Source: a virus (taxonomy: Duplodnaviria > Caudoviricetes). From it: a stretch of DNA of 64,000 nucleotides. The notes beneath the pieces were generated by a model. The model had not been told where the DNA came from, did no database searches, and was given only the letters and a program-made list of their open reading frames with translations. Position numbers and translations under genes: made by a program. The DNA lies in IMG/VR virus record IMGVR_UViG_3300021255_001366, positions 1-64,000 of that record; one strand, 5' to 3'. Below are positions 9,341-18,421 of the stretch, piece after piece. Each line of letters starts with the position of its first letter. Positions within the stretch are counted from its first letter, which is position 1.

Positions 9341-9479
9341 TGCATAGTGGTGGAATAGGTAGACACAACAAGCAGTTGAATTATCGAGGATAGAGGATGT
9401 TAGGTGTACCAGTGGCGAGCATAGCGCTGTGCAAGCCGTGTAGATAATTCATGTAAGGTGCAAATCCTTACCTATGCAA
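9341..9479 (+). ncRNA. tRNA-like RNA with anticodon arm replaced by a long stem-loop (copy 1)
   Basis: Acceptor TGCATAG/CTATGCA, D arm GTG-GAATAGGTAGA-CAC, stem TGAATTATC/GATAATTCA, T arm GTAAGG-TGCAAAT-CCTTAC. Confidence 0.75.
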
Positions 9480-9498
9480 GCGTGGGGCAGAGCAAATT

Positions 9499-9599
9499 AT
9501 CCCGATTCCCCAACGTTAATTAAGAACAATTGGCCTATGACTAGACGTAGTTATGCCACCTATGTATAGGTCTTATTTGACGGGCTAATGTCGGGGATG
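9499..9599 (+). ncRNA. Candidate rod-shaped structured RNA
   Basis: ATCCCGAT/GTCGGGGAT and CGTTAATTAAGA/TCTTATTTGACG pairings. Confidence 0.4.
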
Positions 9600-9630
9600 T
9601 GCAGTTTGCGGTTTACTTTAAACCGCACAA

Positions 9631-9703
9631 TGGGGTATCGCCAAGCGGCTAAGGCACAGCACTTTGACTGCTGCATTCGCTGGTTCAAATCCAGCTACCC
9701 CAG
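9631..9703 (+). tRNA. tRNA-Gln(UUG)
   Basis: Canonical cloverleaf; anticodon arm CAGCA-CTTTGAC-TGCTG; no encoded CCA. Confidence 0.95.
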
Positions 9704-9749
9704 TTCATTAGACAAGCAAGTAGGATTATGAAAGGAGTAAAAATGAAAA

Positions 9750-9956
9750 TTGAACAAAACAAAAATATGCGAGTGCGTTCAGTGTGGGCATATTTTTAAC
9801 ATCGAAGATGGAATTAAAACTAAAACAAAAGTATATGATAAGTATGTAACGGACATTTGTTGCCCAGAATGCAACGGAAAATATAGGATGTTATTTTTAC
9901 CACGATGGATGGACAAATACTTACAAGTGAATAATGATACAAGGTTTTTTGTGTAG
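9750..9956 (+). CDS. Small Zn-ribbon protein
   Basis: CVQCG..CPEC. Confidence 0.6.
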   Translation: MNKTKICECVQCGHIFNIEDGIKTKTKVYDKYVTDICCPECNGKYRMLFLPRWMDKYLQVNNDTRFFV

Positions 9957-9994
9957 GGCGGTTACGGTATGCGGTTCGACTCCGCGCCGTCCTT
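9955..9994 (+). ncRNA. tRNA minihelix (acceptor stem plus T arm only)
   Basis: AGGGCGG/CCGTCCT, 8-nt linker, TGCGG-TTCGACT-CCGCG. Confidence 0.55.
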
Positions 9995-10193
9995 TAGCCC
10001 TTCGTCTTAACATGTGTGTTGTTGGGCGATAAAGAACTTATGCAGTAGTGTTAATGCGAACACACATCGTATTAATAGGGATGGATAAAACAACTGGAAG
10101 TATGGGTTAGCGACACCATTCCGATTTATGGGTACACAGTGTACCCGGCAGTTACTTCGTTGCCATCTTGCCTCCGCTTTGAGATGGCAATAC

Positions 10194-10281
10194 GCACCTC
10201 TAGCTCAACGGTAAGAGCCACGGTCTTATAAACCGTAAGCCCTGACAAGGTTTAATCTCAGTTCGAATCTGAGGGGGTGTA
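10194..10281 (+). tRNA. tRNA-Ile(UAU) with long variable arm
   Basis: GCACCTC/GGGGTGT acceptor; ACGGT-CTTATAA-ACCGT anticodon arm; long V arm; CTCAG-TTCGAAT-CTGAG. Confidence 0.88.
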
Positions 10282-10308
10282 TCAAGAATTAAGAAGAAAG
10301 GAGTAAAA

Positions 10309-11265
10309 ATGGAAATAGTAGATCAAAGTGCGGTTTTATTGGAACATAATATCCCGCCATACGAATTCATAGAGCAAGTTGCTAGGACTTGTTACAAGTC
10401 GGAAGACAAGATAACTCCTGGTTCTGCTGAGAAGATGGTCAATGCATTGCTTAAATCATCACATCTTGCGATGTTTGAGCATGAACATATAGCAATACGG
10501 TGTTCGTTTGATACATTTACAACAATAAATGACCATCCAAAACAAAGAAAATTTATCAATGCGTTACTTAGTGACAAGTATGATACCGTAGTTTTATATG
10601 GCTCATACAGAGCATGGATTGAGTTTTGCGTCAACATGAGCTTATTAATTAATACGGAATACTTATCTGATCGAACTATGATGATGATAGTTAATGCGTT
10701 ACATGACTTTGATAAGAATGTTTTTCCTATCTCTTACGATGATGTTTCATACGACGATGATATTGAGATACTTACAAAGAGAGATATGGAATCGATTATT
10801 GATGAAGCTCAGTGTCCGGAACCTCTTGATGTGGTATCACATACGATTAAATTTACTACGTCAAGAGCGATAGCAAACGAGTTGGTAAGACATAGAAATA
10901 ATATCGCATTCGCTCAAGAGTCACAGCGCTATGTAGATTACAAGAAGAATGACCGGATTACGATTATTCAACCGATGATAGCACCGGATTCAGCAGCTTA
11001 TAATGATTGGCATTACGCAATGCTGATGGCTGAGACACAGTACTTTAACCTCAGAAAACAAGGAGTACTTCCTCAGATTGCACGAGGAGTACTACCAAAT
11101 GACTGCAAAACAGAGATTGTAGTTACCGCAACAGAAGACGAATGGCAACACATCGTCAATCTTAGATACTACGGAACAACCGGAGCACCACATCCGCAGA
11201 TGAAAGAACTCATCGGAATGGCGTTACCGTTGTTAAATAAAGATTCGAAAGGACGGATTAAGTGA
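10309..11265 (+). CDS. thyX: FAD-dependent thymidylate synthase
   Basis: ARTCYKS, HLAMFEH, ELVRHR..FAQESQRY, ARGVLP. Confidence 0.93.
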   Translation: MEIVDQSAVLLEHNIPPYEFIEQVARTCYKSEDKITPGSAEKMVNALLKSSHLAMFEHEHIAIRCSFDTFTTINDHPKQRKFINALLSDKYDTVVLYGSYRAWIEFCVNMSLLINTEYLSDRTMMMIVNALHDFDKNVFPISYDDVSYDDDIEILTKRDMESIIDEAQCPEPLDVVSHTIKFTTSRAIANELVRHRNNIAFAQESQRYVDYKKNDRITIIQPMIAPDSAAYNDWHYAMLMAETQYFNLRKQGVLPQIARGVLPNDCKTEIVVTATEDEWQHIVNLRYYGTTGAPHPQMKELIGMALPLLNKDSKGRIK

Positions 11266-11267
11266 TT

Positions 11268-11390
11268 ATGCGCAAATTAGCAAGAGAAGTAGCAAGACAC
11301 AAGATGAAGAAGGCTGGGTACACAAGGATTAATAAAAAAGATGAAGACGGCCGCAGTAAGTTTAGTAAGTTATGGAGACAGTTTATTTAA
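11268..11390 (+). CDS. Small basic protein (40 aa; below ORF-track cutoff)
   Basis: MRKLAREVARHKMKKAGY...; fills the gap between thyX and the ATPase. Confidence 0.55.
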   Translation: MRKLAREVARHKMKKAGYTRINKKDEDGRSKFSKLWRQFI

Positions 11391-11402
11391 GGAGGAAAGA
11401 AA

Positions 11403-12320
11403 ATGGCATTTCAAGTTAAGAAAGCTATAAGAGAGAAAATTTTTGTTAAGGTAGCACTCATGGCGCCATCAGGTGGCGGTAAAACGTATGGAAGTCTGAG
11501 GCTTGCTACTGGAATGGCTCAAGAAATCGAAAAAGAAACTGGCAAGAAGGCTAAGATTCTTCTCGCCAACACAGAGCAGAAGCGTGGTTATTATTATGCC
11601 AACGAGTTTGATTATGACATCGTAGATATTGATGCGCCGCATGAGCCTGAGAAGTACGTTGACTTGATTGATTTTGCAGTGAATGAGGGATATGACATTC
11701 TTATTATAGATTCTTCTTCTCATGAATGGGAAGGCAAGGGCGGATGTCTGGATCTTCAGCAGAAAGCTGGTGGAACTTATCAAGCTTGGGGAAAGGTAAC
11801 TCCTCGTCATAATAAGTTTATAAATGCAATAGCAGATAGCCCTATCCATATTATTGCTACAATGCGTGGTAAAGATCAGTATGAAATGACTAAAGACGAT
11901 AAGACTGGTAAGGCTACGGTTCAGAAACTTGGCGTTGGAGCAAAGCAGAGGGACGGATTTGAGTATGAATTCACATGTACATTCCTCATAGACCAGAAGA
12001 CGAATACCGCAGAAGTCCAGAAGGATAATACTCACATCTTCGAATCACAAGGAGCAACTCTTCTTACAGAAGGACATGGTGCAAAACTTATTCAGTGGGC
12101 AAACGATGGAGAAGGATATACTCCGGTTAGTAGAAATAATGCACCAGAAGAAGTGGCAAATGATCTTGAGACTCTAAAGAAAAAAATAATCGAGAAGTGC
12201 ACTGAACTTGGAGGTCAAAAATCCGAACTAGTAATGTCCGTTGTTTCAGAACTAGGAAATCCTAATGGTCTTAAGACAACTGATGATGCAAAAAAGTATC
12301 TTGAAGCATTAAATAAGTAA
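11403..12320 (+). CDS. Sak4-like AAA ATPase (single-strand annealing)
   Basis: Walker A APSGGGKT, IIDSSSHEW, QRDGFEYEF; upstream of SSB. Confidence 0.85.
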   Translation: MAFQVKKAIREKIFVKVALMAPSGGGKTYGSLRLATGMAQEIEKETGKKAKILLANTEQKRGYYYANEFDYDIVDIDAPHEPEKYVDLIDFAVNEGYDILIIDSSSHEWEGKGGCLDLQQKAGGTYQAWGKVTPRHNKFINAIADSPIHIIATMRGKDQYEMTKDDKTGKATVQKLGVGAKQRDGFEYEFTCTFLIDQKTNTAEVQKDNTHIFESQGATLLTEGHGAKLIQWANDGEGYTPVSRNNAPEEVANDLETLKKKIIEKCTELGGQKSELVMSVVSELGNPNGLKTTDDAKKYLEALNK

Positions 12321-12354
12321 TAAAAAAGTATCTTGAAACATTAAATAAGTAATA
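12291..12354 (+). repeat. 32-bp tandem duplication (1 mismatch) across the ATPase stop codon
   Basis: AAAAAGTATCTTGAA(G/A)CATTAAATAAGTAATA twice. Confidence 0.9.
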
Positions 12355-12382
12355 AAAACAATATCAAAAGGAGAAAAGCACT

Positions 12383-12799
12383 ATGAATAAGTTTGTATTT
12401 TTAGGAAGAGCATGCGAAGATGCCCAGGCACATTATACACAGGGTGAAAAGGCTACATGTATTTCTAACTTTAATTTCGCAGTAGACAAGAAATTTAAGA
12501 AGAAGGATGATCCAGAAGCCCCTACTGCTGATTTTTTCAGAATCACCGCAATCGGCAAGCTTGGCGAGTTCGCAGAGAAGTACATTAAGAAGGGTACTAA
12601 GCTTGTCATCTCAGGTCGTATTGAAAACAACAACTACACCAATAAGGATGGTGCTAAGGTATACGGCTTTCAGTTCGTAGCAGAAGAAATTGATTTCGCT
12701 GAGTCTAAGAAGGCTGCAGAAGAGAATGCTAATGCTCAGAAGAATACGGATTTCGTATCTGTTCCAGACGGTCTTGAGGCTGATTTACCGTTTAAGTAG
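12383..12799 (+). CDS. ssb: Single-stranded DNA-binding protein
   Basis: OB-fold pattern; C-terminal DLPF. Confidence 0.93.
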   Translation: MNKFVFLGRACEDAQAHYTQGEKATCISNFNFAVDKKFKKKDDPEAPTADFFRITAIGKLGEFAEKYIKKGTKLVISGRIENNNYTNKDGAKVYGFQFVAEEIDFAESKKAAEENANAQKNTDFVSVPDGLEADLPFK

Positions 12800-12858
12800 A
12801 ATCTCTCCTCCTAAGTAACATACATGCTACCACGGCAACACACCGTGGTAGCGCATTT

Positions 12859-12957
12859 GGGTCGGTAGTGTAATGGCAGCACAGCGTTATTTTCCTTTAC
12901 TATTGCACCCCCTTCCATGTTTCTCAGCAAGTCTAGGTTCGAATCCTAGCCGACCTA
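12859..12957 (+). ncRNA. tRNA-like RNA with pyrimidine-rich segment in place of the anticodon arm
   Basis: GGGTCGG/CCGACCT acceptor, D arm GTG-TAATGGCAG-CAC, CTAGG-TTCGAAT-CCTAG; about 50-nt middle with no anticodon stem. Confidence 0.7.
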
Positions 12958-12979
12958 TTTCTAGAAGGGAGGAGTTTAA

Positions 12980-13450
12980 ATGAAGTGTAGGTTCGCACAT
13001 TGTAGGCACAAGACAACTGAAATTAAAGATGGCGATCAGTATGATAAGGTCGGACAGATGTATTATCATTCTGATTGCAATCAAGAACGCATCAAGTTAA
13101 ACAACATAGTTACGACGTTCCTTGAACAAGTTAACAACCAAGTATCTGTTGTGCAGTTACGAGGTATCATTAACAAATTGTGTTACAATGATAATCTTGG
13201 AGTTGACTATGTTGAATTTGCGTTGCATTACGCAATTGCTCATCCAGAGTATAGGCTTACATACCCGGCTGGTATGACGAGGATTTGTCAAAGTCTTACT
13301 ATTCAATCCGAGTGGAAAAAGGCTCAAGACGCTATGTATGCACGTACAATCAGTCAAGATGCTTTTGTAGCAGATGATGTCAAAGGAGTAGTAACAAAGC
13401 AAAAAGATAAGAAAACAAAGGGATTTGGTAGTATTCTGAGGAGGAGATAA
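12980..13450 (+). CDS. Hypothetical replication protein, possible helicase partner
   Basis: C..C..H..C N-terminus; coupled to dnaB. Confidence 0.6.
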   Translation: MKCRFAHCRHKTTEIKDGDQYDKVGQMYYHSDCNQERIKLNNIVTTFLEQVNNQVSVVQLRGIINKLCYNDNLGVDYVEFALHYAIAHPEYRLTYPAGMTRICQSLTIQSEWKKAQDAMYARTISQDAFVADDVKGVVTKQKDKKTKGFGSILRRR

Positions 13451-14826
13451 TGAACAAGGAATTGGTTGATGTAGCGGCAGAAGCTGCAACGATAGCGACT
13501 CTTATCTATCATCCAAATTTCCTTCTTACGGATAATATGCTGAAGCCTACGTTCTTTCATGAACGAGATAATCAATGTATGTTTTGGGCGATCGAATCAT
13601 TAGTCGCATCTGGGGTTGAAAACATTGATGCTCTCAATCTCGGTAATATGCTTAACAGCGACAATGCGGTTAAGCAAGTAATGAGTAAATATAATATTAC
13701 GAATATTCAACAGTATATAGAAACTGCACATTACGCAGCTCGTGCAACATACGAGGAGTATAAACTCGTAGCAGAGAATGTTGTAACGTGTGCGTTCCGT
13801 AGATATCTAGATCAGTTTTCCAAAGATATTGGTAAAGAGTGTCACAACATGAATATTTCTTTGGACGACTTAAATGATTTCGTTAATAACGGAATCGACA
13901 GTATAGCGCAGAAGTTTATCTTTGGTACTGACACGGTTCTCTTTGGAGAGAAAATCGATGAAGTGTGGGAAGACATATGTGATGACAGAAATGAAGATGG
14001 TACATTCGGTTTACCAAGTAAGATAGCCACGTTGAATGATTATATCACGTTTGGCGATGGAGAATTAACACTTGTAGCCGGAGCAACTGGTCGAGGAAAG
14101 TCTGCGTATTTTCTTAACGAGGCTATGTATTCGTTGCAGAGAGGTGTTTCTGTAATGATTATTGACTCTGAGCTTACCGACAAGGTATTTCTCCCAAGAG
14201 CATTAGCAAACCTGAGCGGTGTTACGGTTAAACAGATTAAGGCTGGTACGTATACAAAAGCCGAAGAACAAAAGGTTAAAGAATCTATGGAATGGTTAAA
14301 AAAACAACCGTTCATACATCAGTACGACCCTGTATTTTCAAAGATTAAAGTGGAACAATCTGTTCGAAAGTGGAAGAATCAAAAGAACTTAGGATTGTTA
14401 ATATACGATTATATCAAGCCGTCTGAAAAATACGGAGCTGCTGATATTAGTCAAAGCCTTGGAATAATGACTGACTTCTTAAAGAATAATATTGCCGGAA
14501 GTCTTTCGATGCCAGTAATTGCTGGTATTCAGTTAAATAAACAAACTCAAACCGTCGCTGACAGTCAGAAACCCGAACGTTACGCAGATACGCTTATGTA
14601 TTGGAAGGCTAAATCTGTTGATGAGTTGCGACAAGACGGTCTTGATTGCGGTAATTTCAAGATTGAGATTGGCAAGAATAGAAATGGATCGACAACGGCA
14701 GAAGGTGAATATTTAGACATTATGTTTCAGGGTGATTTAATGCGCATATCAGAGGCTAAGAAACACGAAGTCGGTACTAACTTACCTTTTGCAGACAAGG
14801 AGGGAGTAGATGATACGAAAAAATGA
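13450..14826 (+). CDS. dnaB: Replicative DNA helicase
   Basis: GATGRGKS, IYDYI, QLN, KNRNG motifs. Confidence 0.92.
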   Translation: MNKELVDVAAEAATIATLIYHPNFLLTDNMLKPTFFHERDNQCMFWAIESLVASGVENIDALNLGNMLNSDNAVKQVMSKYNITNIQQYIETAHYAARATYEEYKLVAENVVTCAFRRYLDQFSKDIGKECHNMNISLDDLNDFVNNGIDSIAQKFIFGTDTVLFGEKIDEVWEDICDDRNEDGTFGLPSKIATLNDYITFGDGELTLVAGATGRGKSAYFLNEAMYSLQRGVSVMIIDSELTDKVFLPRALANLSGVTVKQIKAGTYTKAEEQKVKESMEWLKKQPFIHQYDPVFSKIKVEQSVRKWKNQKNLGLLIYDYIKPSEKYGAADISQSLGIMTDFLKNNIAGSLSMPVIAGIQLNKQTQTVADSQKPERYADTLMYWKAKSVDELRQDGLDCGNFKIEIGKNRNGSTTAEGEYLDIMFQGDLMRISEAKKHEVGTNLPFADKEGVDDTKK

Positions 14827-15058
14827 TTGGCGTAGCTGTACATTTGCTCCCCCCGAGCCGTATAAAAGAGTGGAAATAAGGGATAAAAATAATAAGATGT
14901 ATATTGGGTATTATACAGAGAAAAAAATGTATCTCACTAGTTTTAAACATAAAGAGATTAAATTCCCACTTAAGTGGAGAGATTTACCTCACCCAAACGT
15001 TACGGCTGATGGAGTTAATATATCTGAGTTAGTACCAAAGAAATATGTAGGATGGTGA
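14810..15058 (+). CDS. Hypothetical protein
   Basis: Overlapping start, operon context. Confidence 0.6.
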   Translation: MIRKNDWRSCTFAPPEPYKRVEIRDKNNKMYIGYYTEKKMYLTSFKHKEIKFPLKWRDLPHPNVTADGVNISELVPKKYVGW

Positions 15059-15062
15059 ACAT

Positions 15063-15362
15063 ATGAAAAGAGGGGTTGTAATTCTTAAAAATAGCATACG
15101 ATGTAAGAACTGCGGAGATGTTCTTGTTAGTAGATCAAGGCACGATTGGGTTTGTTGTAAGTGTTTCCAAGAATCTAGAGGAAAGACCGGATGTTATTGT
15201 GATGGTGGTACTAGTTATCTTAGATATGGTGGTGATGCAAAAACGTACGACATTCTTACAGAAACACGCCCGATGACAGACGAAGAAGTAGAGATTTATA
15301 ACAAAAAAGAAGACGAAAAGGTTAAAAAATACGGTTGGTATACGCCGAGTTATATGGAGTGA
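15063..15362 (+). CDS. Conserved-type phage Zn-finger protein
   Basis: IRCKNCGD..SRHD..C.C..DGG..Y pattern. Confidence 0.7.
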   Translation: MKRGVVILKNSIRCKNCGDVLVSRSRHDWVCCKCFQESRGKTGCYCDGGTSYLRYGGDAKTYDILTETRPMTDEEVEIYNKKEDEKVKKYGWYTPSYME

Positions 15363-15366
15363 GATT

Positions 15367-16170
15367 ATGGATTTGTTTCAAAAAACACCAGAAGAAATAA
15401 AGAATAATATTGACAATATGGTATGGAGTTTTAGCCGTATTCAAGGCTCAGAATGCCCATATGCTTGGTATTTAAAGTATATTGAGGAAGTTGATGGCAT
15501 GCCAAATGCATATTCTCAATTCGGAACTCTCTGTCATGAAACCATTGAGAAGTTCTTGAATGGTGAATTAGACATTTTTACGGCAGCTCAGTACTATCAA
15601 GATCATTATGGCGATTATGTAACGTGTGATTTTCCTCCTAATAAATACAAGGATCTCGGAGAAACTGCTTATCAAGCTGGGCTTGATTACTTTAATAATA
15701 TTAATTTTGACTTTGATAAGTATGAAATTCTCGGCGTTGAGAAAGAACTGCTGTTTAATGTTGGAGACTATCCATTCCACGGTTATGCGGATGCAATATA
15801 TCGCTGTAGAGATACAGGCGAAATAATTCTACTAGATCACAAGACAAGCAGTTTTAAGTATTTAAAGGACGGAAGCATATCAAAGTCTAATCAAGAAGTC
15901 TACGAGCATTATAGGCGTCAGGCTTGGCTTTACTGTATACCGTTGATTGAGATGTATGGAAAAGTTGACTACGTGTCTTGGAACATGATTCGTGATCAGA
16001 GAATAATTCAGATTCCTTTTGATAAAAAGGAATTCAATGAAACACAAGAGTGGGCGATAGACCGGATTAAGACATTGTCCGAAGAAGTTCTGTGGTTGCC
16101 AAATACAAGCAACTCATACTTTTGTAACGTCCTTTGTGATCAAAGAAATATATGTCAGTATCGTCAATAG
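15367..16170 (+). CDS. PD-(D/E)XK nuclease, Cas4/RecB-like
   Basis: WSFSR..CP, GTLCHE, GYAD..LDHKT, C-terminal Cys cluster. Confidence 0.85.
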   Translation: MDLFQKTPEEIKNNIDNMVWSFSRIQGSECPYAWYLKYIEEVDGMPNAYSQFGTLCHETIEKFLNGELDIFTAAQYYQDHYGDYVTCDFPPNKYKDLGETAYQAGLDYFNNINFDFDKYEILGVEKELLFNVGDYPFHGYADAIYRCRDTGEIILLDHKTSSFKYLKDGSISKSNQEVYEHYRRQAWLYCIPLIEMYGKVDYVSWNMIRDQRIIQIPFDKKEFNETQEWAIDRIKTLSEEVLWLPNTSNSYFCNVLCDQRNICQYRQ

Positions 16171-16185
16171 AGGAGGGGGAGTAAT

Positions 16186-16812
16186 ATGAGTACATTTAGT
16201 GGTAAGTGCGATTTTTATGATGGCTTCGTAATGATCGGAAGCGATGGCAAACATGGAAAAATTGAAGAAAATCTTAAGAGACTAAAACTTTATGTCTATG
16301 GCAAAGACGGCAGAGACCATAGAGTAAAGTCAGATACTATTAAAGATATAGCTAAGTATTATCCATATCTCGAAAGTAGAATGGGTTACAGTAAAGAAAC
16401 TGGATATAATATACATCTCCAATCTGATTCCTTTATAGATCAGGAAGAACGTGAACACATAGGATGGTATGTCCGAGATGTGCTTAAATATTGGCGTAAG
16501 TGTAAGCGTAATAAGATTACATTTGTAGTAGATGAATGTATTAAATCATTACATTGGATGAACGATGAAATTCTTCGTGAGGTTGCAGAGAGAGTTGCAG
16601 AAGATGGAGATAAGGCGAAATTTGATGATATACATGATTCATTGCATGAATACTATAGGCATAGATGGTTTGAAGAACTTGTACGTGTTGGATACACGGA
16701 GCGTGAAGCGTATGTTTGGTGTTTTAATGGCCTCTTTGACGACGAAGAAACCATAATGCGAAGACTAGGGAGGTCTTTGAGCGATGAGATACAGCCGGGA
16801 GCAACTGAATGA
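16186..16812 (+). CDS. Hypothetical protein
   Basis: Strong RBS. Confidence 0.7.
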   Translation: MSTFSGKCDFYDGFVMIGSDGKHGKIEENLKRLKLYVYGKDGRDHRVKSDTIKDIAKYYPYLESRMGYSKETGYNIHLQSDSFIDQEEREHIGWYVRDVLKYWRKCKRNKITFVVDECIKSLHWMNDEILREVAERVAEDGDKAKFDDIHDSLHEYYRHRWFEELVRVGYTEREAYVWCFNGLFDDEETIMRRLGRSLSDEIQPGATE

Positions 16813-17788
16813 GTTAGCATCCAAAATTGATATAGTAGATTACATCGGTAAGACAGAAGAACTGCGTCGTATGGGCGATAAGTATTTTATAAAATGCCCA
16901 TTTCATGAAGGAGATAATACACCATCTTTAGCCATTTATCCAGAGACGAACACATGGCATTGCTTTGGATGTGGAGCAGGATCCACAATTTACGATTGGA
17001 TATCACAAGCTGAAGGAAAATCTTTCCAAGAAGCTGTTGAGCATTGTGCCTCCCTTACCGGCTCGGATGTGACAAATCTAATTGAGTCCGAGTCGGTAAC
17101 CTTCTTAAAGAGTGTGAAAGATATGTCTAAAGATTGTTGTTTAACACAAAAGAGAGAAATCCTAGATTTCAATAAAGATTATTTAGATAAATACTCTAAT
17201 GAGTTGCCACAAGAATGGCTTAGTGAGGACATGACAGAAGAAGCTTTGAGACATTACAATATCATGATAGATAATAACGTTAATCGTATTGTCTATCCGG
17301 TATTTGATGCAGACGGTAATCTCATAGGAGTTAAAGGACGCACGAGATTGTCGACTTATAAAGAACTTGGTATTGCCAAGTATATGAATTATAACAAAAT
17401 AGGCGCTTTAGATTATTTCCAGGGGTGGCAACAAGCAGAAGAAGAAATAAAAAACACGAAATCCGTTATTATTTTTGAAGGTATCAAGAGTTGTATAAAG
17501 GCATACGGATGGGGAATCAAGAATACGGTAGCTGCTGAAACATCAAAGATTTCAGATGGACAACTGCAGTTGCTGATTAAAAACGGATTGTCAGAAATTA
17601 TTATTGCCTTTGATTCTGATCAATCGTATAAAAGCATAGTGACGGATTCGAAGATTCAGATGTTAAAACGATTCGTCAATGTGTCTGTAATAACAGATAG
17701 AAACGGTTTATTAGGAGAAAAAATGTCTCCGGTAGATAATGGCAAAGATATATTTTTAAGGTTATACAACGAAAGGAGGAGCATCTAA
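16784..17788 (+). CDS. dnaG: DNA primase (CHC2 Zn finger plus Toprim)
   Basis: CPFH..TPS..HCFGC; FEG..; FDSD. Confidence 0.92.
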   Translation: MRYSREQLNELASKIDIVDYIGKTEELRRMGDKYFIKCPFHEGDNTPSLAIYPETNTWHCFGCGAGSTIYDWISQAEGKSFQEAVEHCASLTGSDVTNLIESESVTFLKSVKDMSKDCCLTQKREILDFNKDYLDKYSNELPQEWLSEDMTEEALRHYNIMIDNNVNRIVYPVFDADGNLIGVKGRTRLSTYKELGIAKYMNYNKIGALDYFQGWQQAEEEIKNTKSVIIFEGIKSCIKAYGWGIKNTVAAETSKISDGQLQLLIKNGLSEIIIAFDSDQSYKSIVTDSKIQMLKRFVNVSVITDRNGLLGEKMSPVDNGKDIFLRLYNERRSI

Positions 17789-17789
17789 G

Positions 17790-18065
17790 ATGCACAAGGT
17801 TGAAAATGATTGTGTGTTAATTAAATATATTATGCTTGATTCAGATGATAATGAACATTATGTTGCTGGATGCAGAGTGGCTCATCCAGATGAGTTATTA
17901 AATATGTTAATTATCGCTTATAAAAACGAAGTTCAAGTATCATTTAATGAGTATTCAACGATTGTACCATCAGAGTTGCTTAATGATGTGTATTACATTG
18001 AAGACGTTATTATTGGGCTTGGTACTGAGGAAGATTTGATGACCATGGAGGTATATATTCGATGA
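17790..18065 (+). CDS. Hypothetical protein
   Basis: AGGAGG RBS. Confidence 0.65.
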   Translation: MHKVENDCVLIKYIMLDSDDNEHYVAGCRVAHPDELLNMLIIAYKNEVQVSFNEYSTIVPSELLNDVYYIEDVIIGLGTEEDLMTMEVYIR

Positions 18066-18421
18066 TTAAACTTTCAACCGGAGAAATTAACATTGTCGTA
18101 GACGTATTACGAGGAATAGAACGTGAACTTGAGCGTTGTTATTGGAATAAGTATCACAAAGAATTAAATTCTCCATTCAGAAACACTGGTGAGGAATATG
18201 CGAACAATACATTTACAATTCGAGCTTATTATTGGGGAGACGACGAGGAGTTATTGCATAAACCAAATTTCCAATACAAAGGACTTAGAGTGTATTGGTA
18301 CAAGTATCTTCCAAGAGGATGTGTTGCAGAGTGTGATCAAGAAGTAACAATGAAATACCTTGTACAGATGCATGAAGATTGCGTACGTGCAATCAGGGAG
18401 GATTTCAATGACAAAGACTGA
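18062..18421 (+). CDS. Hypothetical protein
   Basis: Coupled start; PNF..VYWYKY motif. Confidence 0.7.
   Translation: MIKLSTGEINIVVDVLRGIERELERCYWNKYHKELNSPFRNTGEEYANNTFTIRAYYWGDDEELLHKPNFQYKGLRVYWYKYLPRGCVAECDQEVTMKYLVQMHEDCVRAIREDFNDKD

Noticed and set aside
9479-10300. Theta, HDV-like or pistol ribozymes after the tRNAs
   Set aside because: I could not build a convincing consensus fold by eye; a covariance search is needed
12291-12354. CRISPR-like or iteron repeat
   Set aside because: Only two adjacent copies with no spacer; a simple duplication
15367-16170. CRISPR-Cas locus
   Set aside because: Stand-alone Cas4-like nuclease in the replication module; no array or other cas genes seen
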